A DNA stretch of 64,000 nucleotides, taken from the NCBI GenBank assembly GCA_030054115.1, contig JASGCL010000001.1, positions 48,788 through 112,787 on the forward strand, in the 5' to 3' direction. The DNA comes from Hydrotalea sp. (GTDB lineage Bacteria; Pseudomonadota; Alphaproteobacteria; JASGCL01). Shown in pieces: positions 47,725 through 56,427 of this stretch (positions are counted from its first letter, which is position 1; every line of letters begins with the position of its first letter). A program made the position numbers and the translations under genes. The notes below the pieces were generated by a model. The model made no database searches and was not told the origin of the DNA. It saw only the letters and a list, made by a program, of their open reading frames with translations.

Positions 47725-49347
47725 CTACTCTACCGCCGCGTCTATCAACCCGATGAATTTTTCGCGACCAAATAGGGTGATAAAACTGCCCAGGCGTGGC
47801 CCCTCGACCTGGCCCAGCAATGTTTCATAAAGCAATTGAAACCAGGCGCGTAATTCTAAAGTGGTTTTTTTGCCCCGTTCGTAGATGATGGTTTGCAAAT
47901 CCTCGGGCGTGGTGGCGTCGGTGGCTTGCAAATCAGCAGACAAATCGACCAGCCATTGTTTTTCCGTCTCGTTTGGTTTTTTAAATTTCTTGTGGGGTTT
48001 GACAAAATCCTCGTAATAACGAATCGCAAAGCCAACCAACGCGTCGAGGGCTTTGTCCTTGGCCGCATCGACATCTTTATAATAATTATTAATAAAACCC
48101 CAGAGGATTTTTTTATCGCTGGCGTCAGACGCCGAAACCAAATGAAGCAGGAGCGAAAATGACACCGCCGGCGCAAGGCTGTCTTGCCAATGTTCTGGGG
48201 ATATATGGAACACCGTGTTGTCGAGCATCTCGCCGTATTTTTTCTCGCCAGATTGTTTATGCAGGGCGTTTAATTGCTGGTAATATTCGTCGACATTTTT
48301 GGGGATAATGTCAAAAAATAATCGCTTGGCGGTTTTTGGTTTTTGATACATGAAGTAAGCCAAGGATTCCTTTGGCGCGTAGCGCAACCATTCCTCCATC
48401 GTTAGGCCGTTGCCTTTGCTTTTTGAAATTTTTTGCCCCTTGTCATCCAAAAACAATTCGTAGTGAAATACCAGCGGCGGCGTGCCACCGGTTTTGCCGA
48501 TGATATCGAGCGCGAGCTCGGCCGATGGAATCAAGTCCTTGCCCGCCATTTCGTAATCGATATTCAGTGCCTGCATCCGCATTGACCAATCGGGTTTCCA
48601 TTGCAATTTGCATTGGCCACCCAATATCGATTGTTCGATTTCCTTGCCGTCATGCAGATAGGTAATGGTATTTTTGTCGACATTGGTTTTGATAACCGGC
48701 ACCTGCAACACCACACCGGTTTCGGGGTGAATTGGCAAAAATGGCGAATAGGTCGACTGCCGTTCCGCCCCCAGGGTTGGCAACATCACCGCCAAAATAT
48801 CATCATGGTGTTTCAAGTATTTTTTTAATTGCGCGTCAAAAAAACCCGACGTATATTGTTCGGTCGATGACATAAATTCATAATCAAACCAAAATTGGTC
48901 GAGGAAGTCGCGCAATCGCGCGTTATTTTGTTCGCCGTAGCTTTTGTATTTGGCATAGGCACCGTCGGTAAATGGATTGGGCACGCGGGTCAAGGGGATG
49001 CCCAAGTATTTTTGGAGCATTTCCTGGTTCGGCACGTTGGTTGGGACTTTGCGGAAGCCGTCCATATCGTCGGAAAAGCAAATTAATTTGGTTGGGATGT
49101 CGGACAAAATGGCGAAGGCTTGGCGCACCATGGTGGTGCGGAGAACCTCGCCAAATGTGCCGATATGCGGCAGGCCCGATGGGCCGTAACCGGTTTCAAA
49201 CACCACCGCGCCGGTGATTGGTTTTTTATTTTCGTAGCGCGCGACCAATTTTTTGGCTTCGTCAAACGCCCAAGATTTCGCCGCCGCCGCGAGGGGGCGA
49301 TAATGCGGCCGCCACGCCGCCAAAAATTTATCTGATACAAATGCCAT
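47725..49347 (-). CDS. lysK: Lysine--tRNA ligase, class I
   Basis: HIGH-type motif region GLPHIGTFGEV and KMSKS-type KISKSKGNG. The start is set at the internal MAFVSDKF, since the upstream extension overlaps the small lipoprotein gene. Confidence 0.9.
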   Translation of the reverse strand: MAFVSDKFLAAWRPHYRPLAAAAKSWAFDEAKKLVARYENKKPITGAVVFETGYGPSGLPHIGTFGEVLRTTMVRQAFAILSDIPTKLICFSDDMDGFRKVPTNVPNQEMLQKYLGIPLTRVPNPFTDGAYAKYKSYGEQNNARLRDFLDQFWFDYEFMSSTEQYTSGFFDAQLKKYLKHHDDILAVMLPTLGAERQSTYSPFLPIHPETGVVLQVPVIKTNVDKNTITYLHDGKEIEQSILGGQCKLQWKPDWSMRMQALNIDYEMAGKDLIPSAELALDIIGKTGGTPPLVFHYELFLDDKGQKISKSKGNGLTMEEWLRYAPKESLAYFMYQKPKTAKRLFFDIIPKNVDEYYQQLNALHKQSGEKKYGEMLDNTVFHISPEHWQDSLAPAVSFSLLLHLVSASDASDKKILWGFINNYYKDVDAAKDKALDALVGFAIRYYEDFVKPHKKFKKPNETEKQWLVDLSADLQATDATTPEDLQTIIYERGKKTTLELRAWFQLLYETLLGQVEGPRLGSFITLFGREKFIGLIDAAVE

Positions 49348-49571
49348 TAGCCACCTATAAATGGTTTTGCAATAAAAGCAAATTGCTGTTTGTTGCAATT
49401 GCTGAGGGCGAAACTGACTCGGTCGGTTACCTGGTCGGCTTGCGTGGCTTGTGCTTGGTTTTTGTCTTGCCGGCTGGGGTAGGTTCTATCCAACGGCGCG
49501 CATTTTGAACGGCACCCATTGGTCACCGTCACCATGGCGAGCAATAAAAATAAGGTGAGAATTTTTTTCAT
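49347..49571 (-). CDS. Small secreted / putative lipoprotein
   Basis: 74 aa with signal peptide MKKILTLFLLLAMVTVTNGC. Its TAA stop overlaps the lysK ATG (TAATG). Confidence 0.4.
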   Translation of the reverse strand: MKKILTLFLLLAMVTVTNGCRSKCAPLDRTYPSRQDKNQAQATQADQVTDRVSFALSNCNKQQFAFIAKPFIGG

Positions 49572-49572
49572 G

Positions 49573-51060
49573 TTATTTGTTTAATAAATCTTTTAGCACT
49601 TGGTTGGCAAGGGACGGGTTGGCTGAACCTTTCGATAATTTCATCAACTGCCCGACCAGGAAGCCAAAAACCTTTTCATTGCCCGATTTGTAATCGGCGA
49701 CTTGGGTCGGGTTTTGCGCCATGACATCGGCGGCGAGTTTTTCAATCGCCCCCTTGTCTGAAACCTGCGCCAGGCCTTTTTCCTTGATAATATCGGCGGC
49801 GGTTTTGCCCCCACCATCATGCCCCCACATGTCGGCAAAAACATCCTTCGCCATTTTGCCGGAGATGCTACCGGCCTGCAATTCATTAACCAACCCGGCC
49901 AGGTTGCTGGCGATAATCGGGCTGTCGCCTATGGTTAAATTATGTTTGTTCAGGTTGGCGAACAAATCGCCCAATATCCAATTGGCGAGAATTTTGGCGG
50001 CTGATTTTTCTTTCAACGCCGCCACCGCGGTTTCAAAATAATCGGCGATGTCGCGTTCGGCCAACAATTGGCTGGCGTCGTAACCGCTGAGGCCGTAATC
50101 TGCTTCCCATTGTTTTTTTTGTTCGTCGGGCAGGATAGGAATCGAATCCTCGCATTCGGCGATGAATTCATCGCTTAGCACCAAGGGCAAAAGGTCGGGG
50201 TCGGGGAAGTAGCGGTAATCGGCGGCATCTTCCTTATCCCGCATCGGGCGGGTTTCGTTTTTGTCGGCATCATAAAGCCGCGTTTCCTGCACCATTTTTT
50301 CACCCCGTTCAAGGAGCGCGATTTGCCGTTTCGCCTCGACCACTATTGCATCGCGCACGAATTTTATCGAATTGATATTTTTTAATTCGGCGCGAATCCC
50401 CAAATTTTTGTCGCCGACTTTTCTTACCGAGACATTAACGTCGGCGCGCAGGCTACCCTCCTGCATATTGCCATCGCACGTGCCAATATGGCGAAGGAGG
50501 GCGCGCAATTTGGTGACATACAAACCGGCTTCCTCGGGCGAGGTCATGTCGGGTTTTGAAACAATTTCCATCAGGGCGACACCCGACCGATTAAGGTCGA
50601 TATAGGATTCTGTCGGCGATAGATCGTGAATCGATTTGCCGGCGTCTTGTTCCAAATGCAATCGTTCGATGCCGATGGTTTTTTGCGTGCCATTTTCCAG
50701 GTCGATGGTGATGGCCCCCTCCCCCACCACCGGTTTATCAAATTGCGAAATTTGATACCCTTGGGGCAGGTCGGCGTAGAAATAATTTTTGCGGGCAAAG
50801 ACCGAAACTGGGTTTATTTTTGCCCCTAATGCCAGGCCGGTGCGCACCGCCTGGCGCACGCATTCGCGGTTGATGACCGGCAATTGCCCGGGGAGCGCGG
50901 CGTCGAACAATGCCACGTGGCTGTTTGGTGCGCCGCCGAAATCGGTGCTGGCGCGCGAAAATAATTTTGAATTTGAAATCACTTGGGCGTGAACCTCCAA
51001 CCCGACGACCAATTCCCAATCGCCGGTTTTGCCCTTCAAAATAAATTGTTGTTGCGTCAT
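49573..51060 (-). CDS. gatB: Asp-tRNA(Asn)/Glu-tRNA(Gln) amidotransferase subunit B
   Basis: 495 aa. N-terminal WELVVGLEVHAQ is the GatB signature. Confidence 0.95.
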   Translation of the reverse strand: MTQQQFILKGKTGDWELVVGLEVHAQVISNSKLFSRASTDFGGAPNSHVALFDAALPGQLPVINRECVRQAVRTGLALGAKINPVSVFARKNYFYADLPQGYQISQFDKPVVGEGAITIDLENGTQKTIGIERLHLEQDAGKSIHDLSPTESYIDLNRSGVALMEIVSKPDMTSPEEAGLYVTKLRALLRHIGTCDGNMQEGSLRADVNVSVRKVGDKNLGIRAELKNINSIKFVRDAIVVEAKRQIALLERGEKMVQETRLYDADKNETRPMRDKEDAADYRYFPDPDLLPLVLSDEFIAECEDSIPILPDEQKKQWEADYGLSGYDASQLLAERDIADYFETAVAALKEKSAAKILANWILGDLFANLNKHNLTIGDSPIIASNLAGLVNELQAGSISGKMAKDVFADMWGHDGGGKTAADIIKEKGLAQVSDKGAIEKLAADVMAQNPTQVADYKSGNEKVFGFLVGQLMKLSKGSANPSLANQVLKDLLNK

Positions 51061-52604
51061 GTTATGTTGTTTCTTTTTAGGAGGTTGTCGGTGGTGGGGA
51101 TATTAAATGCTTGCTCCAGCGCGCCCATGACGCGGAACATGGTTGCTTCGTCGTAATGTTTGCAGATGACTTGTAACCCTGCTGGCAACACGCCTTCTCT
51201 TCTTGGTGGTAATGGCAATACACCTGCGGGCACTCCCGCCAAGGATGCTGGTATAGTTAAAAAATCTTGTTTGTATATTTCGGTCGGGTCACTAAATTTT
51301 GTATTCAAGGCAAAGGCACCATAAGTATTTGTTGTAGGTAAGAGAATAACATCATAATCTCTAAATAATTTAAAAAATTCTTCGCACATCATGCGTCTTA
51401 TCTGTTGCGCCTTTTTGAAATAGGCGTCGTAATAGCCAGCCGAGAGCACATAATTGCCGATAAGAATCCTGCGTTTTACTTCATTGCCAAACCCATCGCG
51501 CCGCGTGTTTTCATACATATCATTTAGGTTCTTGCCATCACTGCGCAAACCATACCGCACCCCATCGTAACGGGCGAGGTTGGATGCCGCCTCGGCCGGC
51601 GCAATGATATAATAGGTTGATATGCCATTATTAAATTTTTCTTTAACCTGCAAATATTCGTTAGCAATATCTAAACATTTTATTTTTTCATACTTCTTGG
51701 TTAATAAATTAAATATCTCTGAATTTGCCCCACCTAAATAACCTACCCGCAACCCCTTCAACCCCTCATTCTTGCCCTTCTCCACCGCGTCGAGCCATTG
51801 TTTTTTTGGCACGGGTAAATTCGCGCTGGTCGAATCGCGCTGGTCATGGCCGGCGATTACCCCCAGCATCAATGCCGCGTCGCGCACCGACCGCGTCATC
51901 ACCCCCGCCTGGTCCAGCGAGCTGGCAAATGCCACCATGCCGTAACGCGAACACCGGCCATAGGTCGGCTTCACCCCGACCAAACCGGTGAAGGCGCAGG
52001 GTTGGCGAATCGACCCGCCGGTGTCACTGCCGGTTGCGCCAAGTGCCATCAACCCCGCCACCGCCGCCGCCGACCCGCCCGACGACCCACCAGCGGTCAG
52101 GGGGTCGCGTTCCATATTAAAATTCTTAGTCCATAAATTCGGACTCCACGGGTTTATCGTCGGCACGACGCGTTTTTTTTCGCGGTGATAACCGGTGCTG
52201 GTGGTTGACCCCATGGCAAATTCGTCCATGTTGGTTTTGCCCAAACACACCGCGCCGGCGTCCCACAATTTTTGCGTCACGGTTGATTCATACGGCGGCA
52301 CAAAATCAGCCAGCATTTTCGACGCGGCGGTGGTGTAAATCCCCTTGGTGCAAAACAAATCTTTTATCCCCAGCGGTATGCCGGTTAAGTCTTTAAAATT
52401 CTTATCAGCAATATCTTTATCGGCCTGCTTTGCATCGGCCAATGCGCGGTCGGGGGTAACGGTGATGTAGGCATTGAGGGTATCATTCCGCGCCGCAATT
52501 TCATCAAGGTAAGTTTGCGTCAATTCCACCGCGCTGATTTCCATGTTGCGCAAGGCCGTTACTGCCCCAACCATGTCCAACGATAGAATTTGTTTTTTAT
52601 CCAT
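51057..52604 (-). CDS. gatA: Glutamyl-tRNA(Gln) amidotransferase subunit A
   Basis: Amidase-signature family (GGSSGGSAAAVA). Start chosen at the internal MDKKQILSL, since the ORF-track start at 52712 would overlap gatC. Its 3' end overlaps the gatB start by 4 nt. Confidence 0.9.
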   Translation of the reverse strand: MDKKQILSLDMVGAVTALRNMEISAVELTQTYLDEIAARNDTLNAYITVTPDRALADAKQADKDIADKNFKDLTGIPLGIKDLFCTKGIYTTAASKMLADFVPPYESTVTQKLWDAGAVCLGKTNMDEFAMGSTTSTGYHREKKRVVPTINPWSPNLWTKNFNMERDPLTAGGSSGGSAAAVAGLMALGATGSDTGGSIRQPCAFTGLVGVKPTYGRCSRYGMVAFASSLDQAGVMTRSVRDAALMLGVIAGHDQRDSTSANLPVPKKQWLDAVEKGKNEGLKGLRVGYLGGANSEIFNLLTKKYEKIKCLDIANEYLQVKEKFNNGISTYYIIAPAEAASNLARYDGVRYGLRSDGKNLNDMYENTRRDGFGNEVKRRILIGNYVLSAGYYDAYFKKAQQIRRMMCEEFFKLFRDYDVILLPTTNTYGAFALNTKFSDPTEIYKQDFLTIPASLAGVPAGVLPLPPRREGVLPAGLQVICKHYDEATMFRVMGALEQAFNIPTTDNLLKRNNIT

Positions 52605-52635
52605 GATGTTATCTCTGTTGTTATTTTTTCGACTA

Positions 52636-52998
52636 TTACTCGCCATTATCGCCGACGCCGCCGACAACCTTTGGCACGACAAAAAAACCGCCCTCGCCCA
52701 TTTCTTTGGCATTACGCGCTATTTTTAACAAATCGACGGCGTTGTTTTTTTCGCCAACCTCATCGGGCATCATGGGCAATATCGCTTCTTGCGCTTCGGG
52801 CAAGTTGCTTAAGGCCACCTCCAACACCGACATCAATGGTTCTACGCTATCCGGTATGTCTTTCAATTTACTCACCAGCGATAAAATATTGTTTAATTCG
52901 GGGATGAGTCGTTCCTTCTCCGCGTCGGTCAATTTTATTTTGCTCAACCGCGCGATATGCTCCACGGTTTTTTTGTCGATTATTTTGTCGTTGCTCAT
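52636..52998 (-). CDS. gatC: Asp/Glu-tRNA amidotransferase subunit C
   Basis: Small acidic protein: MSNDKIIDKKTVEHIARLSKIKLTDAEKERLIPELNNILSLV is the GatC pattern. Conserved gatC-gatA-gatB order. Confidence 0.8.
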   Translation of the reverse strand: MSNDKIIDKKTVEHIARLSKIKLTDAEKERLIPELNNILSLVSKLKDIPDSVEPLMSVLEVALSNLPEAQEAILPMMPDEVGEKNNAVDLLKIARNAKEMGEGGFFVVPKVVGGVGDNGE

Positions 52999-53028
52999 CG
53001 TCGAAACCATCCATCAATTTTGCAAAAT

Positions 53029-55704
53029 TTAAACAATCGCCCCGTGGCAATGTTTGTATTTTTTACCCGACCCGCATGGGCATGGGCTGTTGCGCGACGG
53101 CGGTGGGGTAATGCCGCCGCCATTCGCCCCAGCCATCTCGCCGGCAATGTTGCGCGCCGCAAGCCCGGCCTCGCCCATTGCCGCTAGGTTTTCGCTATTG
53201 CCCTCACCATCGGCCGATTTTTTTTCAACCTGCAGGTGGCTCATCATCCCGACCACGGTTTCTTGAATCATCGCCAATAATTGTTCAAACATGGCGAAGG
53301 CCTCCTGCTTATATTCATTCAGCGGGTCGCGCTGGCCATAGGCACGCAGGCCGATACCACTCCGCAAATGATCCAGATGGCGCAAATGCTCTTTCCACAA
53401 ATGGTCCAACACCTGCAGGAACAAACCGACCGTGAGTTGTTGCCAATCTTCCTTGCCCAGTTTTTTTTGCAAACTTTTCCATTTTTCGCTTGTGGTTTTT
53501 TCGACCAAGGCGGTGATGTTTTTTTCGTTTAATGTGTTTTCTTCCTGCCACTTGGCGACCGGCAAATCGACGTCGAATGTTTTTTTACAAAATTCGGCCA
53601 GGGCCGGCAATTGCCATTGTTCCGGCAACGCCTTGGCCGGCATGAATCGCTCCAGCGCACCGCTTAACAACGGCGCGACAAATCCGGCGGCAACCTCGGC
53701 GGCGTTTTGCTCGCGCATCACCTGTTTGCGCAAATTGAAAATAATTTTGCGCTGGTCGTTCATCACATCGTCGTATTTTAACAAATGTTTTCTAATTTCA
53801 AAATTGCGCTCCTCGACCTTTTTCTGCGCCTTTTCCAACGCCTTGGAAATCCACGGGTGGATAATCGCCTCACCCCGTTGCAACCCCAAGGTTTTCAACA
53901 TCGAATCAATTTTTTCCGAACCAAAAATCCGCATCAAATCATCTTGCAATGATATAAAAAATTTAGACGCCCCCGGGTCGCCCTGCCGCCCGGCGCGACC
54001 GCGCAATTGGTTGTCGATACGGCGACTTTCGTGGCGTTCGGTGCCGATGATATATAACCCGCCGGCCTTTAAAACCTTTTCCTTGTTTTCTTTTATTTCT
54101 TTTTCCAATTTGGCTAGCTCCCTTTTCAACACACTGGTGTCGTTTATTTCGGCCCCGAGCATTTTTGCATGAAGTTCAAAATTGCCACCAAGTTGAATGT
54201 CGGTGCCGCGCCCCGCCATGTTGGTGGCGATTGTTACCGCGCCAATCCGGCCGGCATCGGCGATAATCGTTGCCTCGCTCTCATGGTGGCGGGCGTTCAA
54301 AACTTGGAAATCAATATTTTTTTTCTTCAGCAGGGCGGCAAATTCTTCCGACTTTTCAATCGACACCGTGCCGACCAACACCGGTTGGCCATTTTTTTGC
54401 GCCGCCAGAATTTCCTTCACCACGGCCTCGTCGCGTTCCTCGGCGGTGCGATAAATTTCATCGTCGTAATCTTTCCGCACCATGTTTTGATTGGTCGGAA
54501 TGGCGATGACTTGTAATTTATAAATTTCGTCAAACTCAGCCGATTCGGTCATGGCGGTGCCGGTCATGCCCGATAATTTTTCATAAAGCCGGAAATAATT
54601 CTGGAACGTGGTCGATGCAATGGTTTGGTTTTCGGGTTCGACCGCGACCTTTTCCTTGGCCTCCAACGCCTGGTGCAAGCCGTCTGAATACCGCCGGCCA
54701 ATCATCATGCGGCCGGTAAATTCATCGATGATAATCACTTGGCCGTCCTTGACAATATAATCCTTGTCGCGCTTGAATAAATAATGGGCGCGCAGTGCCT
54801 GGTCGGCGTGATGCAACAGCCGCAGGTTTTCAAAATCAAACAGCCCGCCTTCGGGCATTAGCTTGGTTTTTTGTTTTATCAATTCTTCCAATCGTTGGTG
54901 GCCAGCGTCGGTCAGGTTAATGGTGCGTTCTTTTTCGCTCAATTCAAAATCGCCCTTTTTCAACAGCGGCATCAACGCGTCTATCGCGTAATAAAGGTCA
55001 GATGTTTCGTTGGTCGGGCCAGAAATAATCAGCGGCGTGCGTGCCTCGTCGATTAAAATCGAATCGACCTCGTCAACCACGGCAAAAAAATGCCCGCGTT
55101 GCACCAGCGTATCAAGCGATAATTTTAAATTGTCGCGCAGGTAATCAAAACCAAATTCGTTGTTGGTGCCATAGGTAATGTCGGCGGCGTAGGCAAGTTT
55201 CCGCGCGTCATCCTCCAGCCCGGGCACAATCGCGCCAACCGATAACCCCAAAAATTCATAAACCTTACCCATCCAATTGGCGTCGCGCTTCGCCAAATAA
55301 TCATTAACCGTTACCACATGCACGCCGCGCCCGGCCAGGGAATTAAGCACCGCCGCCAGGGTTGCGACCAATGTTTTACCCTCACCGGTTTTCATTTCGC
55401 AAATCGCCCCCTGATGCAAGACGATACCGCCCATCAATTGCACGTCAAAATGGCGCAGGGCCAGAGTGCGTTTGGCGGCCTCGCGCGTTAGGGCAAAAAC
55501 CTCGGGCAATAATTTATCCAATGTCGCCTTGATATCTTTGCTGGCGGCGACTTGTTTTTTCCAGGTTTCGATTTTATTTCGGCAATCGCGCGCCGACAAT
55601 TTTTCCATCGCCCCCTCCAGCCCATTGATGCGCGTTATCAAGGGGTGAAATTTCTTTATTACCCGTTCGTTATCGCTCGAAAATAAATTGGAAAAAATAG
55701 ACAT
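53029..55704 (-). CDS. secA: Preprotein translocase ATPase SecA
   Basis: 891 aa with DEAD-like motor domains and the C-terminal zinc finger CPCGSGKKYKHCHG. Confidence 0.95.
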   Translation of the reverse strand: MSIFSNLFSSDNERVIKKFHPLITRINGLEGAMEKLSARDCRNKIETWKKQVAASKDIKATLDKLLPEVFALTREAAKRTLALRHFDVQLMGGIVLHQGAICEMKTGEGKTLVATLAAVLNSLAGRGVHVVTVNDYLAKRDANWMGKVYEFLGLSVGAIVPGLEDDARKLAYAADITYGTNNEFGFDYLRDNLKLSLDTLVQRGHFFAVVDEVDSILIDEARTPLIISGPTNETSDLYYAIDALMPLLKKGDFELSEKERTINLTDAGHQRLEELIKQKTKLMPEGGLFDFENLRLLHHADQALRAHYLFKRDKDYIVKDGQVIIIDEFTGRMMIGRRYSDGLHQALEAKEKVAVEPENQTIASTTFQNYFRLYEKLSGMTGTAMTESAEFDEIYKLQVIAIPTNQNMVRKDYDDEIYRTAEERDEAVVKEILAAQKNGQPVLVGTVSIEKSEEFAALLKKKNIDFQVLNARHHESEATIIADAGRIGAVTIATNMAGRGTDIQLGGNFELHAKMLGAEINDTSVLKRELAKLEKEIKENKEKVLKAGGLYIIGTERHESRRIDNQLRGRAGRQGDPGASKFFISLQDDLMRIFGSEKIDSMLKTLGLQRGEAIIHPWISKALEKAQKKVEERNFEIRKHLLKYDDVMNDQRKIIFNLRKQVMREQNAAEVAAGFVAPLLSGALERFMPAKALPEQWQLPALAEFCKKTFDVDLPVAKWQEENTLNEKNITALVEKTTSEKWKSLQKKLGKEDWQQLTVGLFLQVLDHLWKEHLRHLDHLRSGIGLRAYGQRDPLNEYKQEAFAMFEQLLAMIQETVVGMMSHLQVEKKSADGEGNSENLAAMGEAGLAARNIAGEMAGANGGGITPPPSRNSPCPCGSGKKYKHCHGAIV

Positions 55705-55875
55705 AAACTGAAAAAAATAAAAATAAATAAAACGCGCCTTATGCTACCTATAACCTACGTGGCGAAAAGTCAAGATAAAGCACGCCAAGCCTTAACCTTT
55801 ACAAAAACCAGGCCAAAATAAGCAAAAAACAAACAATCTTGCCAAAATTAGAAAAAAACTCTAGGTTCTCGGCAA

Positions 55876-56400
55876 ATGGCCAAGATGTTCCCCCGCCCTA
55901 TTTCCACGCAACCCATACCAACGCTGACCCGCCGGTTGGCCGGCGTCTTGACCGCCATGTTGGCCACCTTGTTGTTAATCGGCTGTAGCGGTTATCGCCC
56001 AAACAGCGGGTTATTTGGCGGGTTTGCTTCGCAAAAACTTTCGGCCAATATGTATCATGTTTATTTTTTGGGCAATGGTTACACCAGCCAAGCCCGTGCC
56101 AGCAACCTGGCCCTTCTGCGGTCGGCCGACATCACCCTGCAAAGCGGAATGAATTATTTTGTGCTGGTGCGCGGCACGCCGGCGGTTGACGTCGGTAATA
56201 GCAATAAAAATAATAGCGATAGCTTTACTTATCAAGGTCGCCGTTATTACATCGCGGCACCCAGCAACGACAATCTTATGATAATGTTTAAAACCCCACC
56301 GGGTGGCGTCCGCAATAACTTCTATACCGCGAAAAAAATTTGTGATACCATGGCCGCGGATTATGATACAACCTGTGGCGATTTTAAGCTAGATAAATAA
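55876..56400 (+). CDS. Lipoprotein of unknown function
   Basis: 174 aa with a long n-region then the lipobox LLIGCSG. No family assigned with confidence. Confidence 0.5.
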   Translation: MAKMFPRPISTQPIPTLTRRLAGVLTAMLATLLLIGCSGYRPNSGLFGGFASQKLSANMYHVYFLGNGYTSQARASNLALLRSADITLQSGMNYFVLVRGTPAVDVGNSNKNNSDSFTYQGRRYYIAAPSNDNLMIMFKTPPGGVRNNFYTAKKICDTMAADYDTTCGDFKLDK

Positions 56401-56427
56401 AGCTAGACAAATAAAAAAATAAAAAGC

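Noticed and set aside
53432-54172. 246-aa plus-strand ORF antisense to secA
   Set aside because: Lies wholly inside secA on the opposite strand. Ser/Phe/Cys-rich low-complexity translation.
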